Of a stretch of DNA of 64,000 nt, positions 9,315 through 19,133 are shown piece after piece (position 1 is the stretch's first letter; the number at the start of each line of letters is the position of its first letter). The notes under the pieces are model-generated. The model did not search any database and was not told where the DNA came from. It worked only from the letters and a program-made list of their open reading frames with translations. The translations under genes were made by a program, and so were the position numbers. The stretch is from Gammaproteobacteria bacterium (GTDB lineage Bacteria; Pseudomonadota; Gammaproteobacteria; Steroidobacterales; Steroidobacteraceae): contig JANXZG010000048.1 in NCBI GenBank assembly GCA_025355645.1, positions 1,989 to 65,988 on the forward strand, read 5' to 3'.

Positions 9315-11043
9315 AGGCGGTAAACCACCGGTCCAGCACAAGCAAGGACCAGGCCCGGCGAAAATCCGTACCGACGCCGCGCCGCAACACGCCACGCTCC
9401 CGCAGGCGACATACCGCATCGTTCAGGATCTGCGGATGACGGCGGATCCAAGCCCGCACGGGCAAACCGAAACCGGATTTCGCGCGATCCATGTGTCCGG
9501 ACGGCAGGCGCGGCGCAGCAAGTTCGCGGACCAGGACCTTGCCACGATGTCGCTGCCGATCGACCAGCAAACCTGGATCCACGCTCAGCATGAACTCGAC
9601 CAGGCGGTGATCAAGGAGCGGCGGACGCACCTCGAGTGAATGTGCCATGCTGGTGCGATCCACCTTGGTCAGCAGCCCCTCGGCCAAATCCGTGTTCAGG
9701 TCAAGCCAACGCAGCTGCACGAGCGGCGTCAGGTCCGCACGCCAAAACCTGCGGTAGAACCACAGGTAGTCGTAACCTGGCTCTTGCCACTCAGAGGCGA
9801 GCAGCGCGTCGACCTGCATGGCGTTCAAGCCCCCGAGCGACGCTGCAAATGCGGGCAGGCCGGAGTAGGCGCGGCTGCGCATCGACTGGCCGAGGCGCGA
9901 CAAGGGCGGCAGGAGCCCGGCCAGCGTGCGGTTGAACCAGGTGGAGCGCGCGCCGACATCGGACCAGTAGCGAGGATAGCCGCAGAATATTTCATCGCCG
10001 CCCTCGCCGCTCAGCGCCACCGTCACTTGCTGGCGCGCAAATTGCGCGACCAGGTAATTTGACCACGCCGCGCTGTCGCCAAAAGGTTCGTCGAACAGCT
10101 GCACAATCGCAGCGAGTGCTCCCTCGAAATCCGCCGCCTGCGCCATCATCTGCGTATGGCGGGTATGCAGGTGCACGGCGACCGCGCGGGCCGCGGCCGC
10201 TTCGGAGCGTTCGCGCGCTTCGAATCCCAGCGTAAAGGTTCGCGGCTGCTTCAGGTATGAAGCGGTCAGCGCCGAGTCAACGCCGCCGCTCAGGAACACG
10301 CCGACCGGAACATCCGCCAACGTCGTCTCCGGAATCACCCTGCCGAGGAGCTCATCGAGCGTCTCGCGCGTTGCATCCGCGTCGCGCGCGATAATTGCAG
10401 TGGCTGGATCCCAATAACGTTGCACGCGTACGCGCCCGTCCTGCCATATCAGCGTGTGTCCTGCCGGCAATTTCTCGATGCCGTGGTACATCGACTTGGG
10501 CGCAGGTATGTAGCCGTGGAACAGAAAATCGCGCACCGCGCTGTGATTGATCCGCGGCGCACCGAGCAGCAGCAACGCCTTCAGTTCCGAGGCAAATGCG
10601 ATTCCATCGGGCAGGATTTGGTAATAAAGTGGCTTGATACCAACCCGGTCGCGGGCCAGCAGCAGGCTACGCTCCCGATCGTTCCAGAGGGCAAACGCGA
10701 ACATGCCGATGAGCTGATTGATGCCCGCGATGCCATCGCGCGCAATCAGGCGCAATAGGACTTCGGTATCGCTGCTGGATCGCCAAGGACCGGGCAGCGT
10801 CGCGCGCAGCGCTTCATGGTTGTAGAGCTCGCCGTTATAGGTAAGGGCATACTCCCCCTGGAGCATCGGCTGGCGCGCGTTGTCCGAGAGGTCGATGATC
10901 GCGAGGCGCCGGTGCCCGAGCACCGCACCGCGCCCGCTCCATAGGCCCTCGCCGTCCGGTCCGCGATGGCGCAGCCGATCGGCCATCGCCCTGGCGAGCT
11001 CGGGGCTCGCCCTTGAACCGATGATGCCCACTATCCCGCACAT
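9307..11043 (-). CDS. Asparagine synthase (glutamine-hydrolysing) family amidotransferase
   Basis: Trimmed to MCGIVGIIG (N-terminal Cys nucleophile). PP-loop motif FLSGGVDSAL. Confidence 0.9.
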   Translation of the reverse strand: MCGIVGIIGSRASPELARAMADRLRHRGPDGEGLWSGRGAVLGHRRLAIIDLSDNARQPMLQGEYALTYNGELYNHEALRATLPGPWRSSSDTEVLLRLIARDGIAGINQLIGMFAFALWNDRERSLLLARDRVGIKPLYYQILPDGIAFASELKALLLLGAPRINHSAVRDFLFHGYIPAPKSMYHGIEKLPAGHTLIWQDGRVRVQRYWDPATAIIARDADATRETLDELLGRVIPETTLADVPVGVFLSGGVDSALTASYLKQPRTFTLGFEARERSEAAAARAVAVHLHTRHTQMMAQAADFEGALAAIVQLFDEPFGDSAAWSNYLVAQFARQQVTVALSGEGGDEIFCGYPRYWSDVGARSTWFNRTLAGLLPPLSRLGQSMRSRAYSGLPAFAASLGGLNAMQVDALLASEWQEPGYDYLWFYRRFWRADLTPLVQLRWLDLNTDLAEGLLTKVDRTSMAHSLEVRPPLLDHRLVEFMLSVDPGLLVDRQRHRGKVLVRELAAPRLPSGHMDRAKSGFGLPVRAWIRRHPQILNDAVCRLRERGVLRRGVGTDFRRAWSLLVLDRWFTAFG

Positions 11044-11144
11044 GGCGCGCAGTCTAGCGCGCCGCGACCTCTGTTGGTGATCCCAAAGGGCGACGCTAGC
11101 CATCGGGCGGCGGTTCGTTTAGGGTGTGCGCCGGAGCTCTGCAC

Positions 11145-11987
11145 ATGGCCACTACCCCTGCCGATCAACGTCTGACGGAACTGCTAGACCGCTGGCTGAC
11201 GAGCCTAGAGTTGCATCTTAAATATTCATCGCTGGACGAGGACACCTATTGGAAGGTGCAACCTTGGGTCGAACACCAGCGCCCCAGCCGCTGGATTGTC
11301 GACTTGGCCAAGCAAAAGACCGCGGCGCTCAAGGCGCAGGTCCAAGCGCGGGTCAAGGCGGGCGACGACGAGTTTTCGGACGCACTCGAACAGATGATGT
11401 TCCTTGCCAATCTCGTCGGCCTGCAGCACATCGAACGCTTCATTCCCGTGGCCGAGCCGAGTGCCGAGCTTGGCCGTGGCGACGCTGGCACATCTCTATC
11501 GGCAACCGCCAACCGCGAAATGCCAAGCTCTTCCACCTCCGCCAGCGGCACGCGTGAGATGCCGCGACCGTCCGTCGCGGCGACTGGTACGCGCGAGATG
11601 CCAAGGCTGTCCACTGGGACGAGTGGCACACGCGAGATGCCAAAGCCGCCGGCGCGCGCCGAACGCAAGAAAGCGCCCGCCAAGCTAGCGGCAAAAAAGC
11701 GTATTGAGCCTGTAACGCCTGCCCGAGCTGCCCCTGCGCGTACGGCGCCCGGACGCGTCGCGCCACCCGCCGCGCTGCCCGTCCCGCCACCGCCGGCAGC
11801 CGACGCCCAGCGCAAGCTGGTCATCGCAGATGCCGTACGTCTGCTGCAATGGGGCCGGCGCTGGTTCGAGCTGGCAGAGTTGATCGCCAGAATGGCCGAC
11901 CGACCGCCGGTGCGCACTGTCAGCCGCCTGCTGAATGAAAACCGGACACTGATCGAAACAAGCTTGGCGGAGTCAAAGTCCCGGTAG
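11145..11987 (+). CDS. Hypothetical protein with internal GTREMP tandem repeats and a Lys/Ala/Pro-rich segment
   Basis: Track ORF 11124..11987, with the first ATG at 11145. Structured N- and C-terminal parts flank a low-complexity core. Confidence 0.6.
   Translation: MATTPADQRLTELLDRWLTSLELHLKYSSLDEDTYWKVQPWVEHQRPSRWIVDLAKQKTAALKAQVQARVKAGDDEFSDALEQMMFLANLVGLQHIERFIPVAEPSAELGRGDAGTSLSATANREMPSSSTSASGTREMPRPSVAATGTREMPRLSTGTSGTREMPKPPARAERKKAPAKLAAKKRIEPVTPARAAPARTAPGRVAPPAALPVPPPPAADAQRKLVIADAVRLLQWGRRWFELAELIARMADRPPVRTVSRLLNENRTLIETSLAESKSR
11511..11648 (+). repeat. In-frame tandem repeat, 4 units of 36-39 bp encoding (N/G)(R/T)REMP(S/R/K)
   Basis: Units aaccgcgaaatgcc.. / ggcacgcgtgagatgcc.. 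/ ggtacgcgcgagatgcc.. / ggcacacgcgagatgcc.. read directly from the sequence. Confidence 0.85.
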
Positions 11988-12034
11988 CCGACACTCCGGG
12001 AACTTTGCCCGGCGCCTAACGCTCCAACGCGCGC

Positions 12035-12979
12035 ATGATCACCACCTCGCACCTATCCAAGAACTATGGCGGCAAGCTCGCGGTCAACGACCTGAGTTTT
12101 TCCGTCGCGCCTGGGGAGGTGCTGGGATTCCTGGGCGCCAATGGCGCGGGAAAATCGACGACGATGCGCATGATCGCAGGCTTCCTGTCGCCCTCGGCCG
12201 GCTCCGTGACGGTCTGTGGGCACGACGTCGAGCGCGCCCCGGTTGCCGCAAAATCCCGTATGGGATACCTGCCCGAGGGCGCGCCGAGTTACGGCGAGAT
12301 GACTGTCACCGAGTTCATTGATTTTGTATCGGACATTCGCGCACTGCGTGGCGCGCGGCGCCGCGAGCGGCGCGTGTTTGTGATCGAGCGGTTGGAGCTC
12401 GGTCCCGTGCAGGGCCAGGTCATAGAGACCTTGTCGAAGGGATTTCGCCGCCGTGTGGGTCTCGCGCAGGCGCTGATCCATGACCCGGAGGTGCTTATCC
12501 TGGATGAGCCCACCGACGGCCTTGACCCCAATCAGAAGCATGAGGTACGCCGGCTGATCAATGAGCTGAGCCGGGAAAAACTCGTGATCGTCTCGACGCA
12601 CATCCTCGAGGAGGTGCATGAGGTCTGCACGCGCGCGATCATCATTGCGGCAGGTCGCATAGTCGCCGATGAGAGTCCGGCTCAGCTCGAGGCGCGTTCG
12701 CGTTACCACAGGGCTGTCAGCATGCGCTTCCTGCATGCAACAGAGCTTGCTGTGGCGGCCGCACAGCTCGCCATGCTGGACGTAATTGACTCCGTTGAGA
12801 CCGACCCGCGCACGATGCGCCTGACCGCATTTCCAAAAGCCGGTGCGGCCGCTTTACCAGCAGTCGGCGCGATGGTCGTCAAGGCGGACTGGGACGTGCC
12901 GGAGCTGCATCTTGAATCCGGACGGCTCGATGAAGTGTTTCGCGCATTGACGCAGGGCGCGGGCCCCGTGCCGCCATGA
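12035..12979 (+). CDS. ABC transporter ATP-binding protein (ABC-2 / GldA-like)
   Basis: Walker A GANGAGKST, signature LSKGFRRRV, Walker B LILDEPT. Confidence 0.9.
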   Translation: MITTSHLSKNYGGKLAVNDLSFSVAPGEVLGFLGANGAGKSTTMRMIAGFLSPSAGSVTVCGHDVERAPVAAKSRMGYLPEGAPSYGEMTVTEFIDFVSDIRALRGARRRERRVFVIERLELGPVQGQVIETLSKGFRRRVGLAQALIHDPEVLILDEPTDGLDPNQKHEVRRLINELSREKLVIVSTHILEEVHEVCTRAIIIAAGRIVADESPAQLEARSRYHRAVSMRFLHATELAVAAAQLAMLDVIDSVETDPRTMRLTAFPKAGAAALPAVGAMVVKADWDVPELHLESGRLDEVFRALTQGAGPVPP

Positions 12980-13710
12980 ACAAAGTCGCGGTGATTTTCC
13001 GGCGCGAGCTCACAAGCTACTTCGCGACACCGCTCGCCTATGTGTTTATTGTGATCTTCCTGCTGCTGACGGCGGTATTTACCTTCCAGATCGGGGGATT
13101 CCTGGAGCGGGGTCAGGCCGACCTGCAGGCCTTCTTCCGCTGGCATCCGTGGATTTACCTCGTGCTGATCCCGGCGATCTCGATGCGACTGTGGGCCGAG
13201 GAGCGCAACAGCGGCAGCATCGAGCTGCTGATGACGCTGCCCATCGAACTATGGCAGGCGGTGGCCGGTAAGTTCCTGGCCGCCTGGGTCTTCGCCGGCA
13301 TTGCGCTCGCGCTGACCTTCCCAGTTTGGGTGACCGTGAACTATTTGGGCCACCCCGACAATGGCGTGATCATCGCTGCCTATCTCGGTAGCTGGATGAT
13401 GGCGGGCGGGTTTCTCGCGATCGGCATGTGCCTCTCCGCTGCGACGCGCAATCAGGTCATTGCTTTCATCACCGCGGCCCTCGTCGGCTTCGTGTTCCTG
13501 CTGGCCGGGTTTCCGCTGGTGCTTGACCTCGTGCGCGGCGTGTTGCCTGAGCAGATCGTCGAAGCCATCGCTTCTTTGAGTTTCCTGACGCACTTCGAGG
13601 CCATCTCAAAGGGTGTAATTGACCTTCGCGATGTCGTGTACTTCATCGCGCTGACCGCCTTCTGGCTGATGGCCACCGCGCTCGTTCTCGACATGAAGAA
13701 GGCGCAGTGA
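12976..13710 (+). CDS. ABC-2 type transporter permease (GldF-like)
   Basis: Six-TM hydrophobic protein. ATGA overlap with the ATPase gene. Confidence 0.8.
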   Translation: MNKVAVIFRRELTSYFATPLAYVFIVIFLLLTAVFTFQIGGFLERGQADLQAFFRWHPWIYLVLIPAISMRLWAEERNSGSIELLMTLPIELWQAVAGKFLAAWVFAGIALALTFPVWVTVNYLGHPDNGVIIAAYLGSWMMAGGFLAIGMCLSAATRNQVIAFITAALVGFVFLLAGFPLVLDLVRGVLPEQIVEAIASLSFLTHFEAISKGVIDLRDVVYFIALTAFWLMATALVLDMKKAQ

Positions 13711-15602
13711 GCATGCCGGGACCGCGCTGGCAGAAATTCACGTTTGGCGCCGGCGGACTGATCGCCCTGGCGGTATTGTTCCTCGGAATCGTCATGCTCT
13801 CGGGCCTGTTGCTGCGTGGCGTGCGCCTCGACCTCACCCAGAACCGTCTATACACCTTGAGCTCTGGGACCAAGCAGGTACTCGCTGATCTCAAGGATAA
13901 GGAGCCGATCAACCTGTATTTTTACTTCTCGCGCGAAAGCGCGGGCATTCATGCTCCCCTGCTGCTGCCGTATGCGACACATGTGCGCGAATTTCTCGAG
14001 GAGCTCGCCGCGCGCTCGCGCGGGCGCGTGCGCCTGCACGTGGTCGACCCGCAGCCCTTCAGTGATGAGGAGGATCGTGCGGCGACCCTCGGCCTGCAGG
14101 CCCTGCCATCGGGCGCCGGCGGCGAGTCGCTGTACTTTGGCCTGGCCGGCACCAACTCGACCGATGGCCGTGCGGCGATTCCATCGTTGCAGCCGGAACG
14201 CGAGCAATTCCTGGAGTACGACGTAGCCAAGCTCATCCAGGAGCTCGGCACGCCGAAGCGCCCGGTGGTCGGCTTGATGACTGCGCTGCACATGCAGGGT
14301 GAGATGGATCCGATGACGGGCCAGCCGGGCGAGCCATGGCCGATTGTCGGGCAGCTGGGCGAGCTCTTCACGCTGCGCTCGGTGGGCACCGAAGTGGACC
14401 GCATTGATACCGATGTCGACGTGCTGATGCTGGTGCACCCGAAGAACCTGCCCTCGCAGACTCTTTATGCAATCGATCAGTTCATCCTGCGGGGGGGCAG
14501 GATGCTGCTGCTGCTGGACCCTGCCTCGGGCGCGGAGTCGAACGGATCAGGCCCGGGCGGTGCCTCGGACCTGCAGCCGCTGCTGCAGGCCTGGGGCGTC
14601 GATTACGATTCGCACCTGGTCATCGGCGACCTGGAGCGGGGGCTCGAGGTGCGCACCAGCATGGACGCGCCGCCGATCCGTCACATTGGGATTCTCGGGC
14701 TGCACCGCGAGGACATCGATACCGCCGATGTCGTCACCTCATCGCTCGAGAGTATCAACCTTGCGACCGCGGGGTTCGTCGCACCGCATCCCGGGGCGAA
14801 GACGAGCTTCCGCCCGCTATTATCGAGTTCGGCCGCGGCCGCGCCGATCCCGGCGCAGCGCTTTGCAAGCTTGCTGGACCTTGCGACCCTTCGGGATGGT
14901 TTCAAGCCCACCGGAAAACGCTATGCGCTGGCCGCACGCGTGACCGGCCCCGTCGAGTCCGCCTACCCTTTGGGACCGCCCGCTGGCGCCAAGCCGCCGG
15001 CCGGCCCCCCTGCGGCGCATCTGGCCAGATCGGCCGGATCGATCAACATCGTGATTTTGGCTGATACCGACATGTTGCTGGACTACATGTGGGTACAGAC
15101 CCGAGAGTTATTTGGCCAGCGGGTATCGCAGGCGTTCGCGGGCAACGGGGATCTGATCGCCAACGTGCTCGATAATCTTTCCGGCAGCCCCGCTCTGATT
15201 GCAATTCGCGGGCGTGCGAGTTTTTCGCGGCCGTTCGAGCGTATCGAGGCATTGAAACGGCGCGCCGATGACCGGCTGCGCGCCAAGGCGCAGGAGCTGG
15301 AGACCGAGCTGCGCCAAACGGAAGGGAAACTGGCCGAATTGCAGACGCAGCGGGCGGACCAGAACTCGGTGGCGCTCTCTGCCGACCAGGAGCGTGAACT
15401 GCAGCGCTTCACGGCCGAGAAGCTGCGCGTACGCCGCGAACTGCGCGAGACCGAGCACGGCCTCAATGTCGACATTGATCGCCTCGATGCCTGGCTCAAG
15501 TTCCTGAATATGGCCCTCGCGCCAATTCTGGTCAGCGTCGCCGGCACCCTCATGCTGATCTGGCGGCGTCGCCGGCGCCAGTCGCCGCCGCGCCCGACGT
15601 GA
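13707..15602 (+). CDS. ABC transporter auxiliary component (GldG-like, COG3225-type)
   Basis: N-terminal and C-terminal TM anchors flank a large periplasmic domain, with a coiled-coil near the C-terminus. GTGA overlap with the permease gene (alternative ATG at 13713). Confidence 0.7.
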   Translation: MSMPGPRWQKFTFGAGGLIALAVLFLGIVMLSGLLLRGVRLDLTQNRLYTLSSGTKQVLADLKDKEPINLYFYFSRESAGIHAPLLLPYATHVREFLEELAARSRGRVRLHVVDPQPFSDEEDRAATLGLQALPSGAGGESLYFGLAGTNSTDGRAAIPSLQPEREQFLEYDVAKLIQELGTPKRPVVGLMTALHMQGEMDPMTGQPGEPWPIVGQLGELFTLRSVGTEVDRIDTDVDVLMLVHPKNLPSQTLYAIDQFILRGGRMLLLLDPASGAESNGSGPGGASDLQPLLQAWGVDYDSHLVIGDLERGLEVRTSMDAPPIRHIGILGLHREDIDTADVVTSSLESINLATAGFVAPHPGAKTSFRPLLSSSAAAAPIPAQRFASLLDLATLRDGFKPTGKRYALAARVTGPVESAYPLGPPAGAKPPAGPPAAHLARSAGSINIVILADTDMLLDYMWVQTRELFGQRVSQAFAGNGDLIANVLDNLSGSPALIAIRGRASFSRPFERIEALKRRADDRLRAKAQELETELRQTEGKLAELQTQRADQNSVALSADQERELQRFTAEKLRVRRELRETEHGLNVDIDRLDAWLKFLNMALAPILVSVAGTLMLIWRRRRRQSPPRPT

Positions 15603-15612
15603 GCGGCTCATC

Positions 15613-16476
15613 ATGACTGCGCGCCGGTTAATGGGGGTTCTGACGGTCGCGATCCTCGTGCTTGGCGCCGCGCTAATCGTAAGCCACTGGCGCGGAACCT
15701 CGGAACCCGAGGGCGGGCTGCTGTTGCCGCATTTATCCGCACAACTTGCCACGGTGACCAGCGTGACGATACGCAAAGGGGCGGCGCTGCCGGCGGTGAT
15801 GCTGCACAAGCAGGCCGATCGATGGACGGTCGCGCAGCGCGCGGACTACCCCGCGGATATCGCCAAGCTGCGCAAATTACTGCAAGTGCTTGCGAGCGCA
15901 CGCATCATCGAAGAGAAGACCTCAGATCCAGCCAAGTATCATGCACTCGGCGTCGAGAGTCCCGATTCCCCCGATGCGGTGGGGACCGAGATCAAGATCG
16001 TGGCGCCGGAAGCAACGTACTCGATTGTGATCGGCAAGGCCTCGGCGGGCGGCAACTTCGTGCGTTCCTCGCAGCAGGCGCGTGGCCTGCTGGTAAGCCC
16101 GGGCATCGCCACGGATGCGGAGCCTAGGGACTGGATCGATGCGCGCGTGCTCGACATAAAGGCGGCGCAGGTCAAGCAGATCGAGGTCAAACCGGCCAAG
16201 GGCCCTAGTGTGCTGCGCACGGAAACGGAGTTCGGCGTGCTCGCGGACCTGACTGCGCTTGACGTGGCAGCTGCAGATAGCGTGGATTTCAAGGGAGGGA
16301 CGAACGCGGTATTTACGCTGTCCGATGGTCCACTGATCACGCTGACCGGCGTGACCGTGCAGGACAGGCACTGGATCAGCGTCACCGCGAGCCCAGGCGG
16401 CGCGCTTGCGGCGCGCGTGCAAGGCCGCGCCTACGAGCTCAGTGCATCGCGGTTTGACTCGATTTTCAAGCTGTGA
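15613..16476 (+). CDS. DUF4340-like protein (usual partner of GldG-type components)
   Basis: N-terminal TM anchor. Position immediately after the GldG-like gene. Family recalled from memory. Confidence 0.55.
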   Translation: MTARRLMGVLTVAILVLGAALIVSHWRGTSEPEGGLLLPHLSAQLATVTSVTIRKGAALPAVMLHKQADRWTVAQRADYPADIAKLRKLLQVLASARIIEEKTSDPAKYHALGVESPDSPDAVGTEIKIVAPEATYSIVIGKASAGGNFVRSSQQARGLLVSPGIATDAEPRDWIDARVLDIKAAQVKQIEVKPAKGPSVLRTETEFGVLADLTALDVAAADSVDFKGGTNAVFTLSDGPLITLTGVTVQDRHWISVTASPGGALAARVQGRAYELSASRFDSIFKL

Positions 16477-16910
16477 CCAGCGGCAGCAGTGCGGGATTCG
16501 GGCGGCGCTTCGCTGCCCTGCTGTACGACTCGTTGCTGATCGCGGCGTTGCTGATGGTGTATACGGCCTTGGCAATGCTGTTCACGCGGGGCCATGCGTT
16601 GTTGACCGACACGGTCGGCGCATGGGCCTACCTGTACCAGGCGGGACTTGTTATGGTCATCGGCGCCTACTTCGTCTGCAACTGGGTGCACAGCGGGCAA
16701 ACGCTTGGCATGCGGGCTTGGCGGTTGCATGCCGTCGACCGGCATGGCAAGCGCCTGACCGTGAGAAGCGCAGCCCGGCGCTTCATCTTCGCGATGTTCG
16801 CCTGGATACCGGCGGCGCTGGGGGTTCTGTGGCTATACGTCGACCGTGAGCGCCTCGCGCTGCATGACCGGCTCTCGGGCACCCGCATCCTGCACGTGCC
16901 GCGCAGCTGA
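16473..16910 (+). CDS. RDD family membrane protein
   Basis: RRFAALLYDSLL start plus GQTLGMRAWRL and a final ALHDRLSGT motif. GTGA overlap with the preceding gene. Confidence 0.7.
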   Translation: MTSGSSAGFGRRFAALLYDSLLIAALLMVYTALAMLFTRGHALLTDTVGAWAYLYQAGLVMVIGAYFVCNWVHSGQTLGMRAWRLHAVDRHGKRLTVRSAARRFIFAMFAWIPAALGVLWLYVDRERLALHDRLSGTRILHVPRS

Positions 16911-16923
16911 CAGTACTCAAGGC

Positions 16924-17991
16924 CTAGCGCGTGCGCGCTATCGCTGCCACGGTGCACAGGCCGATCACGGCGGTGGGCAGCCAGCCAACGAGAGCAGGAT
17001 TCATGCCGAACAGCTGGCCGCCATTCTCGATAGTGCGGGTGATCAAGAAAAAAACCACGCCGAGCAGGATGCCGACCACGGTGCGCGCCCCTGCGCCGGT
17101 CGTGCGCAACGGACCGAACACGAATGGCAGCGCGAGCAGCGTGACAATCACGACCGCAAAGATGCGTGCGATGCGCGACCAGAACCCGATCTCGTAGGAG
17201 GCGGTTTCAAGATTATTTCGGCGCAGGTGATCGATGTAGCTCGCAAGCCCGCGCAGCGTCAGTAGATCGGGGTCGTTGGCGGCCAGGCCCAGGAAATCCG
17301 CGTTTACAGTCGAGCCGATGATATCCTCGGCCTGGAAGCCCGCCTGCACGTGGCCCTTTTCGAACCGTGATGAGGACAGGTTGTGCAATCGCCACTGCCG
17401 GGGTTGCGCTACCGAGATGCGCTCGGCGCGCTGGATCGAGGCGAGCGCCGCGACCCCGTCGAGCTCGAACAGGGTAACCCCGCCGAACATCTGGTCCACC
17501 TCCCCCGTCTGCACCCGCAGGATGCGATTGCCATCCTTGATCCACGCACTGCTCTTGCCGGCAAAACTGACATCGGCCAGCTCATGCACCGTCTTGTCAC
17601 GCTTGGCGAACTGCGCAAGCGGCGCAGCGGCAAATTCGCCGATGCCATACATCGCGATCGACAGAGTCGCGCCGGCAAGTCCTACTGGCCAGGCGACGCG
17701 CCAGATGGACACTCCCGAGGCGCGCGTCACCACAAGTTCACTGCCAGCTGCCAGGTTTCCAAGGCCCATCAGCGCACCGATCATCGCGCCGATCGGGAGC
17801 AGCTCGAACGCCTGCTGCGGCAGGTTTAGCAGCGTAAACAGGAACGCCTCGAAGGCCGTGTAATTGCCAGTGCCGATATCGCCCTGCTCGGTGATGAACA
17901 GGAACAGGCCGCCCAGCGTCAGCAGCACCGCCATCGCCATCAGGGCGTAACCGATTACCGTCCGGTATAGATAACGATCGAGCGTGTTCAT
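16924..17991 (-). CDS. lptG: LPS export ABC permease LptG
   Basis: Trimmed to MNTLDRYLYRTVIGY (YjgP/YjgQ family). ATGA overlap with the lptF stop. Confidence 0.9.
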   Translation of the reverse strand: MNTLDRYLYRTVIGYALMAMAVLLTLGGLFLFITEQGDIGTGNYTAFEAFLFTLLNLPQQAFELLPIGAMIGALMGLGNLAAGSELVVTRASGVSIWRVAWPVGLAGATLSIAMYGIGEFAAAPLAQFAKRDKTVHELADVSFAGKSSAWIKDGNRILRVQTGEVDQMFGGVTLFELDGVAALASIQRAERISVAQPRQWRLHNLSSSRFEKGHVQAGFQAEDIIGSTVNADFLGLAANDPDLLTLRGLASYIDHLRRNNLETASYEIGFWSRIARIFAVVIVTLLALPFVFGPLRTTGAGARTVVGILLGVVFFLITRTIENGGQLFGMNPALVGWLPTAVIGLCTVAAIARTR

Positions 17992-19049
17992 GCCGACGCC
18001 TCGCGCCGCAACAGATAAAGGCCGACCCCGAGTGCCAGCAGGTGCACCCACCAGACGCCGACCAGCGGCGGCAGATCCCCCTTCTCCAGCCAGGCCTTGG
18101 CGACGGATAGCAGGTTCGAATATAGGAAATAGGCCACGATGGCGGCGCCGACACGGGCATAGCGACCCTGGCGTGGGTGCAGGCGGGACAGCGGGACTGC
18201 GATCAGCGTCAACAGGATCGCCATGATCGGCGCGGAAGCGCGGATCTGCAGCTGCGCGATGTCAGCCGGCGCGAACGACCCGAGCAGTTCCTGCGTGGGC
18301 TTGGTGTCCGGGTCCTGTGTACCCCCGCTCGTCGTTGGCGTCGCAATCGGGATCCCGTGCTCGCGAAACTCGATCACGCGAAAATCCGCGTGGCCTGGTA
18401 TGCCCTCATAGCGGCGTCCGTCGAACAGGGTCACGAGGTGCGAGCCGTCCTCGGCACCGCGCGAGTACGTGGCGGAATTTGCGAGCGCAACCTCGATGCG
18501 ATCGGCGATCTGGCGCTGCACGAATACATTGTGCAGCACCCCGTCCGCACCCACGTGTTCGGCATAGAAGACAATGTCCCCGCCGCTGAAGGAGCGGAAG
18601 CGCCCGGCATCAAGCTGGCCGAACTGCGCCTCCTTGATTGCGGCTTGGCGCAGCAGCTGAACCTCGCGATCGGCCCGCGGCACCTGCACGAATGTCAGCC
18701 AGGCGAGCCCCACGGCGATCACGGCGGCGAACGCGAACAGTGGCATGAGCAGGCGCCTCGGGCCATAGCCGCACGCCTGCAGCGCTGCGATCTCGCTGTC
18801 GTGATACATCCGGCCAAGGGTCAGGACCACGGAAAGCAAAAGACCTACCGGCACGATGACCGACAGGTTCATGACGGCGCCCAACGCAATGAGGTTGATC
18901 ACCACATGGCGACCATACTGGTTATCCGCCGCCTGGCCCAGTACCCGGGACAGCTGGTTGGCCAGCAGGATCGCCACCAGTACGCCCGTGACCGCCAGCC
19001 AGGTCTGGACCACCTCGCGCAGCACATATCGTTCAACAGTCCATTTCAT
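17988..19049 (-). CDS. lptF: LPS export ABC permease LptF
   Basis: Trimmed to MKWTVERYVLREVVQTWL. Divergent from pepA, as in E. coli. Confidence 0.9.
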   Translation of the reverse strand: MKWTVERYVLREVVQTWLAVTGVLVAILLANQLSRVLGQAADNQYGRHVVINLIALGAVMNLSVIVPVGLLLSVVLTLGRMYHDSEIAALQACGYGPRRLLMPLFAFAAVIAVGLAWLTFVQVPRADREVQLLRQAAIKEAQFGQLDAGRFRSFSGGDIVFYAEHVGADGVLHNVFVQRQIADRIEVALANSATYSRGAEDGSHLVTLFDGRRYEGIPGHADFRVIEFREHGIPIATPTTSGGTQDPDTKPTQELLGSFAPADIAQLQIRASAPIMAILLTLIAVPLSRLHPRQGRYARVGAAIVAYFLYSNLLSVAKAWLEKGDLPPLVGVWWVHLLALGVGLYLLRREASA

Positions 19050-19133
19050 GGTGTCGAGCTTAGAGCCTTGGGGATTATCGAGTAAACTATTAGCTGAAAC
19101 TGCATTCACCCGGCTAACCGCAAGGACAGTGGC

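Noticed and set aside
11511-11648. Possible CRISPR-like or minisatellite array (also 48248-48304)
   Set aside because: The units are directly adjacent with no spacers, are in-frame inside well-supported ORFs, and are only 15-39 bp long. They are coding tandem repeats, not CRISPR.
18177-19085. 302-aa plus-strand ORF
   Set aside because: Antisense to lptF. A shadow ORF.
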